Origin: Macrostomum lignano
Lineage: Eukaryota
DNA: 58,334 bases
Reading direction: 5' to 3'
NCBI GenBank assembly: GCA_002269645.1
Contig: NIVC01000492.1
Coordinates: 1 to 58,334 of the forward strand
In this document: positions 1 to 12,500 of the stretch, piece after piece
Numbering within the stretch: the stretch's first letter is position 1
Layout of the letters: each line of letters opens with the position of its first letter
Notes under the pieces: model-generated
Told to the model about the DNA's origin: nothing
The model's input: the letters and a program-made list of their open reading frames with translations, nothing else
Database searches by the model: none
Made by a program: the position numbers and the translations under genes

Positions 1-640
1 TTTCTTAGAAACCTGGCTTTTTAGTGGCAAAATTTTCCTAGAAACGTTGTATATCAAAGAACTCAAAGTTTTCCTAGAAACCAGACTTTCCTTGAAACTG
101 AGTTTTCCTAGAAACCAGACTTTCCTTGTAACTGAGTTTTCCTAGAAACCAGACTTTCTTGAAACTGAGTTTTCCTAGAAACCAGACTTTCCTTGTAACT
201 GAGTTTTAGAAACCAGACTTTCCTTGAAACTGAGTTTCCTAGAAACCAGACTTTCCTTGAAACTGAGTTTTCCTAGAAACCAGATTTCCTTGAAACTGAG
301 TTGTCCTAAAGACTTTCCTTGAAACTGAGTTTTCCTAGAAACCAACTTTCCTTGAAACTGAGTTTTCCTAGAAACCAGACTTTCCTTGAAACTGAGTTGT
401 CCTAGAAACCAGACTTTCCTTGAAACTGAGTTGTCCTTAGAAACCAACTTTCCTTGAAACTGAGTTTCCTAGAAACCAGACTTTCCTTGAAACTGAGTTG
501 TCCTAGAAACCAGACTTTCCTTGAAACTGAGTTTCCTAGAAACCAGACTTTCCTTGAAACTGAGTTGTCTAGAAACCAAACTTTCTTGAAACTGAGTTTT
601 CTAAAACCAGACTTTCCTTGAAACTTGAGCTTTCCTAGAA
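1..640. repeat. Minisatellite, about 33-34 bp unit (TTTCCTAGAAACCAGACTTTCCTTGAAACTGAG)
   Basis: Directly visible tandem array, truncated by the window start. Confidence 0.9.
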
Positions 641-1744
641 ACGATTTGCCTATACAACAATGAGCTTCTTAAAAAAGCCTAATTTTCCAATTATTATACT
701 TTTCTAGGAAACCAGACTGACTTGACATTTAAGAAGAAAAATTTCTTTAAAAAAGAGTTTAAAATTTGTTTAAAATCCTAAAATTTACGGATATTTCATC
801 TAAAAGTGCATACTTTCTAAGCCCGGCTTAACATGCAGTGCAATGCTTGCGTTAAAATCTACAAATAAGTGGAACTCCAGCCATTCAGATTCCCGGTCTC
901 ATTGTTCGCCCATAGCACTAACTGGAGACCGACTCTCCCGCCATGCATTTGCCATTCCTTTTGTTCTCAAGGTTACTATATATATAATCCCCGTCTATAG
1001 CTAGTCTATGACTATGGATGCGTTTCACTCCAGATCCAACGATCTTTAGTAGTCCATGGCCCTACTCTTTAGTAGTTTGGTCTTCAGTTGGTTAAGTTAG
1101 CATAAGAAAAGGGTTTGGGTTGGAGGGTGTGACGTTGGAAAAGCTGTCTGAGTCACGCAGGTTTCACACCAAATTTACCCCCCCCCCAACCCCCCTGTAG
1201 CCGCCTTTGTGTTTCGCGCGTTTTGCTCCTCTTTTGTCATCCCTCACTTCAGTTCCCACCTACCCCCTCCCAATCCCCAACCAAAAATCCCCAAGTTCCT
1301 GGCCAAGCTGGGGGAAGGCGACTTCTTGCTTACTGAAATAGACTTTCTGACACTTTTTAGGGGAATGAGATTCCAGAAACTCTTTCGTATTGTCTGCCTG
1401 CCTCTCTCGGCACTTTTTCCCCTACTGACTTCTTCTTTTGCTTTGCTGCTTCTTTCTGTATTCTAAATGGAAGTCTATTGAAGTTTCTTCCGACAATTTT
1501 TTGTTTTTTTTTCTATCTGCTGCTTGTGTTGGAATTAATTTGCTGCTTGGTTGGTGTCTGCTTAGTATTTAGATTGAATTGTGCTTTCTTATGTTTTGGC
1601 TTGTTGTAATTTTCCAGCCCATGCTAATTTAACCTTCTAATTTTGATGTAGCAGATTTATTCTCGGTTAGAACTTCAGAGGTTTGAATTTGTAGTTGTTA
1701 GTTTCATCCAGATTCTTCAGGTAGCTTTAAGATCCTTCAGTTAG

Positions 1745-2660
1745 CCTTCTGGTCCTTCAGTAAGCCTTCGGGTACTTCAGTAAGCCTTCGAGTACTTCAG
1801 TAAGCCTTCAGGTACTTCAGTAAGCCTTCGGGTACTTCAGTAAGCCTTCGGGTACTTCAGTAAGCCTTCGAGTACTTCAGTAAGCCTTCGGGTACTTCAG
1901 TAAGCCTTCAGGTACTTCAGTAAGCCTTCGGGTACTTCAGTAAGCCTTCGGGTACTTCAGTAAGCCTTCAGGTACTTCAGTAAGCCTTCGGGTACTTCAG
2001 TAAGCCTTCGGGTACTTCAGTAAGCCTTCGAGTACTTCAGTAAGCCTTCAGGTACTTCAGTAAGCCTTCGGGTACTTCAGTAAGCCTTCGAGTACTTCAG
2101 TAAGCCTTCGGGTACTTCAGTAAGCCTTCGGGTACTTCAGTAAGCCTTCGAGTACTTCAGTAAGCCTTCAGGTACTTCAGTAAGCCTTCGGGTACTTCAG
2201 TAAGCCTTCGGGTACTTCAGTAAGCCTTCGAGTACTTCAGTTAGCCTTCGGGTACTTCAGTAAGCCTTCAGGTACTTCAGTAAGCCTTCGGGTACTTCAG
2301 TAAGCCTTCGGGTACTTCAGTAAGCCTTCGGGTACTTCAGTTAGCCTTCAGGTACTTCAGTAAGCCTTCGGGTACTTCAGTTAGCCTTCAGGTACTTCAG
2401 TTAGCCTTCAGGTACTTCAGTAAGCCTTCAGGTACTTCAGTAAGCCTTCGAGTACTTCAGTAAGCCTTCGGGTACTTCAGTTAGCCTTCGGGTACTTCAG
2501 TAAGCCTTCAGGTACTTCAGTAAGCCTTCAGGTACTTCAGTTAGCCTTCAGGTACTTCAGCTAGCCTTCAGGTACTTCAGTTAGCCTTCAGGTACATCAG
2601 CTAGCCTCCAGGTCCTTCAGTTAGCCTCCAAGTCCTTCAGTTAGCCTCCAAGTCCTTCAG
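1745..2660. repeat. Minisatellite, 20 bp unit (CAGTAAGCCTTCGGGTACTT), about 45 copies
   Basis: Lines repeat in register every 20 nt, with variants CGGG/CAGG/CGAG. Confidence 0.95.
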
Positions 2661-3471
2661 AGAGCTCTCAGCTACTTCATTCAGATCTTTCAGAAGAAGC
2701 TCTTTGACCCAGCACTTTCACTTTCAGCATGGGATCTTTCTTAAGCAATGTCTTTGTCTTCAGAAAAATTCCCAAATTAATCGAACAGTTAAAAATTGAA
2801 ATTCAACACCGATTTCTGCGGCTCTATGAGTAATACCGGATTAAGAAAAGCTTTAAAATACTCCCCCCCCCCGGATTTCTGGCGCCCTCAACAACAACAG
2901 CAACCACTTCAAACTCTTCTCTCTCTCTCTGCTGTTTTCAGTGAGAGTCGGCACCAGTGTGAGGCTGAATTTCCTGCATGTAAATTTGCCGATTAAGATT
3001 ATTCTGTGTGCTCGCCTCAAGGCGGTGGTTTTACAGGAAATCTACAGACCCCCCCCCAACAACTGGCCAGATTCCCAGGGCGCTTGCTCAAGAAACACGG
3101 GGCCCCCTCTCTTCTTCTAGGAGTTGGCGACGGGCCTGACTTTTTTCCACGGGGATAAGCGGAGAGAGAGAGAGAGGGAAGAGAAAGTTAAACAGCTTCT
3201 GTTCAGTTTCTTCCTTCTGTCTTCTCGAAGGAACAAAGCATTTCTTGGGGTGGAATAAATAATCCCTTATATAGCCATGGCTGACCAACAGAGCTTTCTT
3301 CTAGAAGAGGGAAAAACAGTGAGCAAGCGGCGCTCAAATTACTTTTCTGGGCGAGTTGAAAATCTGTGCTGCAGTTCTGAGAGCTGGGGATCTTCGTTTG
3401 TCTTGGCTTTTTTCATTTGAGAAGGGAAATTCTTTTGCAGATGATTGAGTCTGATTTTTTCGGGCCATCTG

Positions 3472-4050
<579 letters not shown>

Positions 4051-4529
4051 TCTGCAGTTAGTAAATAGCAGCAGGTCATTAGCGTTTAATTTCATAAATA
4101 CTAAAAGATAATGCCAAAGCGTTAAAATATATAGGTTCGTATATATATAATCCTTACTTGGTAAAGAAAGAGTAAAGACAGGAGTTCAACACTTGGTCGC
4201 GGTGCGGTTAATAACTGACAGATTGGATCGAATATTGATCCCTCCCGCAGTCATGCAGTTTTATATTTATAGATTTAAAAGTGTCAAGGCAGAGTGCGAA
4301 AATGAGTGATAGCCAGTAAGGGGGTTGAAGGATTACCCGTTATATGCAAAGTCTTTCAATTGGCATACTCTGCTTCTGTATTTCTCTTCTGTCGATGGGT
4401 TTGCGAGCAGGTGTCAGTTTAGAGTATTTGTGTGTGCGGGGGGAATTTCTGTTGAGTGTATGAGGATATGTTTTTGGAATGCATTCGAGTAATATTAATA
4501 TTAATAATAATGAACTTGTGTAGAAATTG

Positions 4530-5000
4530 TGGGAGAGAGTATAGGAGGTAGATTAGAGAATAGAGAGAAGAGAGAGTAAGAAAGAGAGAAGAGAGGAGAG
4601 AGATTAGACAGTAGGGGAGAGAGGGAGAGAGTAGGGGAGAGAGTAGAGAGTAGGAGAGAGAGGACAGAGTAGAGGACAGAGGAGAGATTAGGGGAGAGAG
4701 TAGAGAGTAGGGGAGAGAGTAGAGAGAATAAAGAAGAGAGGAGAGAGAGTAGGGGAGAGAGTTGGGAACAGGGGAGAGACAGGAGAGAGAGTAGGGGCGA
4801 GAAGAGAGAACAGGGAAGAGAGTAGAGAGAGTAGGGGAGAGAGGAGAGAACAGGGGAGAGAGTAGAGAGAGTAGGGGAGAGAGGAGAGAGAGAGTAGGGG
4901 AGAGAGGAGATAATAGGGGAGAGAGTAGAGAGAGTAGGGGAGAGAGGAGAGAGAGTAGATGAGAGAGGAGAGAAGAGGGGAGAGAGAGGAGTAAGAGAAC
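4530..5000. repeat. GA-rich low-complexity / degenerate tandem repeat
   Basis: GAGAGTAGGGGAGA-type motifs. Confidence 0.85.
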
Positions 5001-5841
5001 CGACAGGAAAAGAATGAGACGCAGCGGCAGAAGCAGCAATGCGCTGTTGCTGTTTATTCTGCTCCTAGCAGACGCTGTCTGATCGCACAGATCTGTCAGG
5101 GCGATAAAGATCAGAGCCACAGCAGCTCCATGGCCCTGTCACAACAAGGAAGCCGGCCAAAAAACGCGAAATTATTAAAAAAAATTCTAGCAATCCCCCC
5201 CACGATCCGCCAGACCAATACCGCCCGATGAAGTTTAATTTTCAGATTTTAATTTTTTCGTTAATCTAGCCTTTTTTGAACCAAAATCGAAATGGGAGAA
5301 TTGTTAATAGAAAAAAGATCCCCCGCAAAAGGAGGAGTCGAACTGTTGGAAATTGTTCCTCGGGGAATCGGGGATCTTTTTCAGTTAGCTAAGTAACTGC
5401 ATTTTTCGGTGGCATAAAGGCCAAGGCACACGCGCAGAAGTTCCTTCTTTCTTCTGGGGATTTCTGTTAGATAAAAGTTCCCATGGGGATTTTTGGTTGA
5501 GTTTACGATAGCCGAAGGGGGGTAGTAGGAAGTTTTCAGGTTAAACAAATGCACTGCGCCGCTGCTACATGTAGCAGCGAATGTCAGAGTGTCCCTGCCA
5601 GCCCCCCCCCCGCTGACACTGCTGACACGAAGTAATAAATCAAATTTTTGGTCGCGAGAAAAAAATCATGCGACTAAAGAAAATGTTGAATCCGTTTGGC
5701 ATGCGGCTCGGGTTCCGGTGCGGCTAGGGGTGGGGGGGGTTATCTGCTAATTCTGGGACAATGCCATACACTGGAGCTGAAGTTCATCGGATGTCCTGTT
5801 TTTTCGGCTAAAAATTGTACTTGCGGGAACTGGGATAGCCT

Positions 5842-6460
5842 GGGCGCCAGCACCAAGGGGCGCCAGCACCAAGGGGCGCCAGCACCAAGGGGCGCCAGCA
5901 CCAAGGGGCGCCAGCACCAAGGGGCGCCAGCACCAAGGGGCGCCAGCACCAAGGGGCGCCAGCACCAAGGGGCGCCAGCACCAAGGGGCGCCAGCACCAA
6001 GGGGCGCCAGCACCAAGGGGCGCCAGCACCAAGGGGCGCCAGCACCAAGGGGCGCCAGCACCAAGGGGCGCCAGCACCAAGGGGCGCCAGCACCAAGGGG
6101 CGCCAGCACCAAGGGGCGCCAGCACCAAGGGGCGCCAGCACCAAGGGGCGCCAGCACCAAGGGGCGCCAGCACCAAGGGGCGCCAGCACCAAGGGGCGCC
6201 AGCACCAAGGGGCGCCAGCACCAAGGGGCGCCAGCACCAAGGGGCGCCAGCACCAAGGGGCGCCAGCACCAAGGGGCGCCAGCACCAAGGGGCGCCAGCA
6301 CCAAGGGGCGCCAGCACCAAGGGGCGCCAGCACCAAGGGGCGCCAGCACCAAGGGGCGCCAGCACCAAGGGGCGCCAGCACCAAGGGGCGCCAGCACCAA
6401 GGGGCGCCAGCACCAAGGGGCGCCAGCACCAAGGGGCGCCAGCACCAAAGGGCGCCAGCA
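5842..6460. repeat. Perfect 16-bp GC-rich minisatellite (GGGGCGCCAGCACCAA), about 38 copies
   Basis: No internal variants until the last copy. Confidence 0.97.
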
Positions 6461-7040
6461 AGGGAATCGAGCCTGGCTCTGTTAAACTTAACAGGCTAAT
6501 GTGTACTTTTACAAGTTTTCCCACGGCGAGCGGTGTCGACTGTTGAGAAAATCTACAACAATTGATTTTATTTGACTGTGGGGGGAGGCTCCTAGATCGG
6601 TGCTGGGAGGTTTTTCTATAATTTACAACTTGGCACTTGCGGTAGGGAAGCATTTCACACCTCTTATCTTCCTGTGGGGTCGCTACCCTATCTAGTTGCT
6701 ACCAGCCATCATTTCTGACAGCTGGAGAGAGGAGGGGGATAGATGGTAGAGAATGAGTTAGATCTGTCTTCATCACACTCAACTACCCACCTTGGCATTG
6801 AGCCGGGGCCTCAGCCCTAGCGGAGCTGATTAACAAATAATAACTGCATTTGACGGTTGACTGACTCACTTTTTGACGGGTCTGGCGAGGTGAGGAGAAA
6901 CTTATGGGGAAGGGCTGCTGGGGTTAGGGACGATCATTAAGGGAAGCTGAGTTGCGTTATGAGACTATGGCTTGAGCAGGATAGTAACTGTTCCAGGGTT
7001 CTAAAGAGCTGTGGTGAAGTGAAGAAAATGGTACGGGAAT

Positions 7041-7250
7041 GTAGCGTATGGGTTTGTAGGGTATGGGTTTGTAGGGTATGGGTTTGTAGGGTATGTGTTT
7101 GTAGGGTATGGGTTTGTAGGGTATGGGTTTGTAGGGTATGGGTTTGTAGGGTATGGGTTTGTAGGGTATGGGTTTGTAGGGTATGGGTTTGTAGGGTTTG
7201 TAGGGTATGGGATTGTAGGGTTTGTAGGGTATGGGATTGTAGGGTTCCTA
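7041..7250. repeat. 15-bp G-rich minisatellite (GGGTATGGGTTTGTA)
   Basis: Visible tandem array. Confidence 0.93.
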
Positions 7251-8179
7251 GGATCAGAAGATGCAGGGTTTGTAGTTTTTAGATGTTTAACAAATAAAAG
7301 CCCTGCCAACAAGGAAAACTCTGTAGAAACGCATAACCATAAATGATTAGTTTAAAAGTACACACTATGAGAATAGCAGTCACGCGGAGCCAAGCCATCT
7401 TACATGCATATTACTCCGGACTCCGGGTTATCCATGTGATAGCTAGTTTATTGTTATATATCTGTATATACATGCAAATATGTTTATTGCTCAAAGCGCT
7501 GCATCAGCGCTATGATCATTATTATATTATCATCATGGATCCCTTAGGCTTGGGGAGCGATGGCCTGCTGGAGGGGCACGCTGCCTTCGGGTCCCAGCGT
7601 TAATCGCAGCTCCAATCTGAAATGAAGGATAGAAAAAAGATGGAAGAGGCCAAGCCTACCATCGAGAGTTCCTGATGCTGGGAGATTATTATGAAAGCCC
7701 GGGAATGAGAGGCGAAAAAGCAGACAACACAGAATAAGGCGGACTTGAAGCAATGTTTTTTGGGGCTTTTTTGGAGGAGGGTGAGCTTTTTGAGTGGAGA
7801 ACAATGTTTGAATGCCATGAATGCGCGGGGCATGGTTGGAGAAGCGAGGCGAGATGGGGAGCAAACTGGTTGGGAATACCAGGTAGACACAGTGGCGCCA
7901 CCGCCCGACCCGTTTGACTCAGCTTAGCTATGAGAGATTCTCATTAACAATGCCCCCCGCCTTTGTGCCCGATCTGCGACCTGCCCTCCCCCCACTTTGC
8001 TCGCTCAAAAACCAGCTGTGAGAAACCTTAGACGGTTTCGTTCGCTCTCTCGTGAAGCATTGTTATCGATTGGCTGACTGGCGCTTGTGTCGCTCGGCTA
8101 TTGTTGCTTTTTAACTGGGGCGATTCTGCTTTTTTGGACCTTGATTAGAGCTTTAATAAGCAGAGCTGTTGCTTGCCGG

Positions 8180-8240
<61 letters not shown>

Positions 8241-8250
8241 TTCTGTCTGT
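8180..8250. repeat. (TCTG)n microsatellite
   Basis: Visible directly. Confidence 0.93.
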
Positions 8251-8727
8251 TTGTGTTGTTGTCCGTCTCTTTCGTCGGTTACCATTTTCTCTAGCTGGAA
8301 GCCCCCCCCCCCTCTTTAGACCATTGAATCTTCTCAAACTCAACACCATAAAACCGCAGACAACTTGAGAGCACACTCCAACACTCGTCGCCCCATTGAG
8401 CCCCAACCATTATCCACCCTAATGAGCAGGCATCCTCTAATGGCTGCTATTGGCAAATAGCAAATATCGGTTGAAGTGGGGGACGAACCGCTCTCCAGTT
8501 TTAATGCAACGTACCGCCCGAGGCTAAAAGCAAGACATAAAAAGAATCAATTAAAAGTATTGTTGACTGCTTTTTAACTGATGCAAAACCAGCTGTTATA
8601 AAATGTGATTTTAAAAATAAATCTTTAGAATTTGAACACCCAATAACTTGATAATAGCTATATGTAATAGTTTCTTATTATCGGTATTACATTTGACTAT
8701 GAATCATTCAGTGCAGTGTACATTAGA

Positions 8728-9430
8728 CTATGACTCATTCTGTGTACTTTTTATTTGAAATGACTCATTCTGTTTACTGTACATTTGATATGACTCATTC
8801 TGTGTACTGTAAATTTAATATGACTCATTCTGTGTACTGTACATTTGAAATGACTCATTCTGTTTACTGTACATTTGATATGACTCATTCTGTGTACTGT
8901 ACATTTGATATGACTCATTCTGTGTACTGTACATTTGATACGACTCATTCTGTGTACTGTACATTTGATACGACTCATTCTGTGTACTGTACATTTGATA
9001 TGACTCATTCTGTGTACTGTACATTTGATACGACTCATTCTGTGTACTGTACATTTGATATGACTCATTCTGTGTACTGTACATTTGATATGACTCATTC
9101 TGTGTACTGTACATTTGATATGACTCATTCTGTGTACTGTACATTTGATATGACTCATTCTGTGTACTGTACATTTGATATGACTCATTCTGTGTACTGT
9201 ACATTTGATATGACTCATTCTGTGTACTGTACATTTGATATGACTCATTCTGTGTACTGTACATTTGATACGACTCATTCTGTGTACTGTACATTTGATA
9301 TGACTCATTCTGTGTACTGTACATTTGATATGACTCATTCTGTGTACTGTTCATTTAATACGACTCATTCTGTGTACTGTACATTTGATATGACTCATTC
9401 TGTGTACTGTAAATTTGACAATGACTCATA
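8728..9430. repeat. 30-bp minisatellite (TGACTCATTCTGTGTACTGTACATTTGATA), about 23 copies
   Basis: Lines repeat in register every 30 nt. Confidence 0.96.
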
Positions 9431-9501
9431 TAGCTAACATAAGCTCCAAGTTCTCGCCTAAACTAGACAGAAAAAAACAAATTACCAAATTTCTTCTGCA
9501 G

Positions 9502-12500
9502 AGCCGCCAACCGCTCCAAAAGACGCCCTGGTGTTGGAGAATAACCCTAACAGAGTTGTGCTCAGCTGGTCACCGCCTGAGTACACTGGCGGTCGGAACG
9601 ACACCCGGTATGTCGTCGAATGCGTCGACTGCGGCGGCGCCAGGCTGGTGTACGAGCCAGCCAGCTCGCTCACGGACCGGCAGGTCACGGTTCGCGGCCT
9701 GCAGCCAGAGACGGCTTACACCTTTCGAATATTTGCTCTGAACGGCGTCTCTGAGGTTGCTATGGCGACTAAGCTGGCTTGGAAGTCGGTCAGCTTGCGA
9801 ACTGGGGCGGCTAGTGAGTTGGGACTGGAGGGTAGAGACTGGGGGAGAGAGGGGGTAGAGACCGGGTGAGAGAGGGTAGAGACTGGGTGAGAGAGAGGGT
9901 AGAGACTGGGTGAGAGAGAGGGTAGAGACTGGGTGAGAGAGAGGGTAGAGACTGGGTGAGAGAGAGGATAGAGACCGGGTGAGAGAGGGTAGAGACTGGG
10001 GGAGAGAGAGGGTAGAGACTGGGTGAGAGAGGGTAGAGACTGGGGGAGAGAGTGGGTAGAAACTGGGTGAGAGAGGGTAGAGACTGGGTGAGAGAGTGGG
10101 TAGAAACTGGGTGAGAGAGGGTAGAGACTGGGGGAGAGAGTGGGTAGAGACTGGGTGAGAGAGGGTAGAGACTGGAGGAGAGAGTGGGTAGAGACTGGGT
10201 GAGAGAGGGTAGAGACTGGGTGAGAGAGTGGGTAGAAACTGGGTGAGAGAGGGTAGAGACTGGGGGAGAGAGTGGGTAGAGACTGGGTGAGAGAGTGGGT
10301 AGAAACTGGGTGAGAGAGGGTAGAGACTGGGGGAGAGAGTGGGTAGAGACTGGGTGAGAGAGGGTAGAGACTGGAGGAGAGAGTGGGTAGAGACTGGGTG
10401 AGAGAGGGTAGAGACTGGGTGAGAGAGTGGGTAGAAACTGGGTGAGAGAGGGTAGAGACTGGGGGAGAGAGTGGGTAGAGACTGGGTGAGAGAGGGTAGA
10501 GACTGGGTGAGAGAGTGGGTAGAGACTGGGTGAGAGAGTGGGTAGAGACTGGGTGAGAGAGGGTAGAGACCGGGTGAGAGAGGTTAGGGAATTTAGGAGA
10601 TCAAACGAGTTGAGAGGAGTCGATTAAGAATGATTGCGCAACAACTCACATTTGCAGCTCCCAGCAAGCCGAGCTCAATCACGGTGAAGATTGAAAGCTC
10701 AGCATCAGTTCGAGTCAGCTGGTCGAGCAGTGACACGCTGGGCGGCGGCGGCGCCACCGAATACGAGCTCAAATTCGGCGAGCAACTTGACCCTACAAAG
10801 AGCACCTCGTACTACACCGCAGCTGATGAGTACCTGCTCACTGGCCTGACCCAGGGCGTCACGTATATGCTTCAGGTGAGTTTTCAGTCTAAAAATCTTC
10901 TCTGATGAACATCGATTTTTTACATCTTTACTACGAGTAGAATAGAGAATCGTCCTTTAGCACTTCAAGAAAATCGCCGTCAAGATTTCCTAGAAAATGT
11001 ACCTTTAACTTTCCGAGAAGTTGCGTTTAAAAATTTCTACAAAATGCGCTTTTAACTTTCCTATAAAATCGTCGTCTAGATTTCATGGAAAATCCCCCTT
11101 ACTAGTTTTCCTAGAAAATTGTCACTGATGTTTCCTAGAAAATCTCCCAGTTAAAGTTCCGAGAAATCGCTTTTGAAAAAAAATCGTTTTTTAGCTTTCC
11201 TAGAAAATCGCCTTTCAGCTTTCCTAGAAAATCGCCTTTTAGCTTTCCTAGAAAATCGCCTTTCAGCTTTCCTAGAAAATAGCCTCTCAGCTTTCCTAGA
11301 AAATCGCCTCTCAGCTTTCCTAGAAAATCGCCTCTCAGCTTTCCTAGAAAATCGCCTCTCAGCTTTCCTTGAAAATCGCCTTTCAGCTTTCCTTGAAAAT
11401 CGCCTTTCAGCTTTCCTAGAAAATCGCCTTTCAGCTTTCCTAGAAAATCGCCTTTCAGCTTTCCTAGAAAATCGCCTTTCAGCTTTCCTAGAAAATCGCC
11501 TTTCAGCTTTCCTAGAAAATCGCCTTTCAGCTTTCCTAGAAAATCGCCTCTCAGCTTTCCTTGAAAATCGCCTTTCAGCTTTCCTTGAAAATCGCCTTTC
11601 AGCTTTCCTAGAAAATCGCCTTTCAGCTTTCCTAGAAAATCGCCTTTCAGCTTTCCTTGAAAATTGCCCTCCAACTTTATAGATAAGTGATTAGATATTA
11701 TAGTTAATTATTTCTCAACCAATTAAACCTTACCGCGTCATGACTCATAATAATTGGTTTGAGCGCGCGAAAATTACAGCGATCAGGTTCTTACCGCCCG
11801 CTGTGCGAGCGCTACCTGCTGTTAGAAAGATTTAATTAAACAATAAAGTCTAATTGGTGCGAGTCTATAAAACAGCCTTTTGTGCCCGCCTTACGTTTCG
11901 TATTTTTTAATTGGACCAGCTAAACAGAAAGATGTGAGCAGGGAGTGGGTGACCACCCGCAGTGCAAGCCGCCCTTTCATTACATCACCTCCTAGTGCCC
12001 ACTTAATCGCTTCTTCCTGTGTGCCTGTCTGTCTGTCCGTGTGTGTGCTGAAACAAAAATTTTTATTTTTATTTCACAAATTTGGAATAGAGTGTCCAAT
12101 CCATCGTCATATGAATAAGATAAGCATCTATCTGTTCTGCTAGTTCTGTTTGAACTTTTTAGAGAACATTATGAGTGTTGGGTTTTAAAAAATCATTTTT
12201 AAATCATTTTTTGACTTTGTGAAGCTTTTTTATTTTTTAAGTTTGGGTGAGAAGAGAGAGTAGAGAATGGGAGAGAGAGAGAGTAGAGAATGGGGGAAAG
12301 AGGGTAGAAATGGGGGGAGAGGTTAGAGAATGGGGGAGAGAGGGTAGAGAATAGGGGAGAGAGGGTAGAGAATAGGGGAGAGAGGGTAGTGGATGGGGGA
12401 GAGTGGGTAGTGACTAGGGAGAGAGGGTAGAGAATAGGGGAGAGAGGGTAGAGAATAGGGGAGAGAGGTTAGAGAATGGGAGAGAGAGGGTAGAGAATGA

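Noticed and set aside
5014-5082. Short + strand ORF MRRSGRSSNALLLFILLLADAV resembling a signal peptide for the Eph gene
   Set aside because: It ends in TGA. The only nearby GT (5077, weak GTCTGA) is phase 0 and incompatible with the phase-1 exon at 9502, and no LBD exon follows.
7343-7930. Cluster of short overlapping ORFs upstream of the Eph FN3 exon
   Set aside because: There is no Eph ectodomain signature (no Cys pattern), no phase-compatible splice sites and no retroelement motif that I can recognise.
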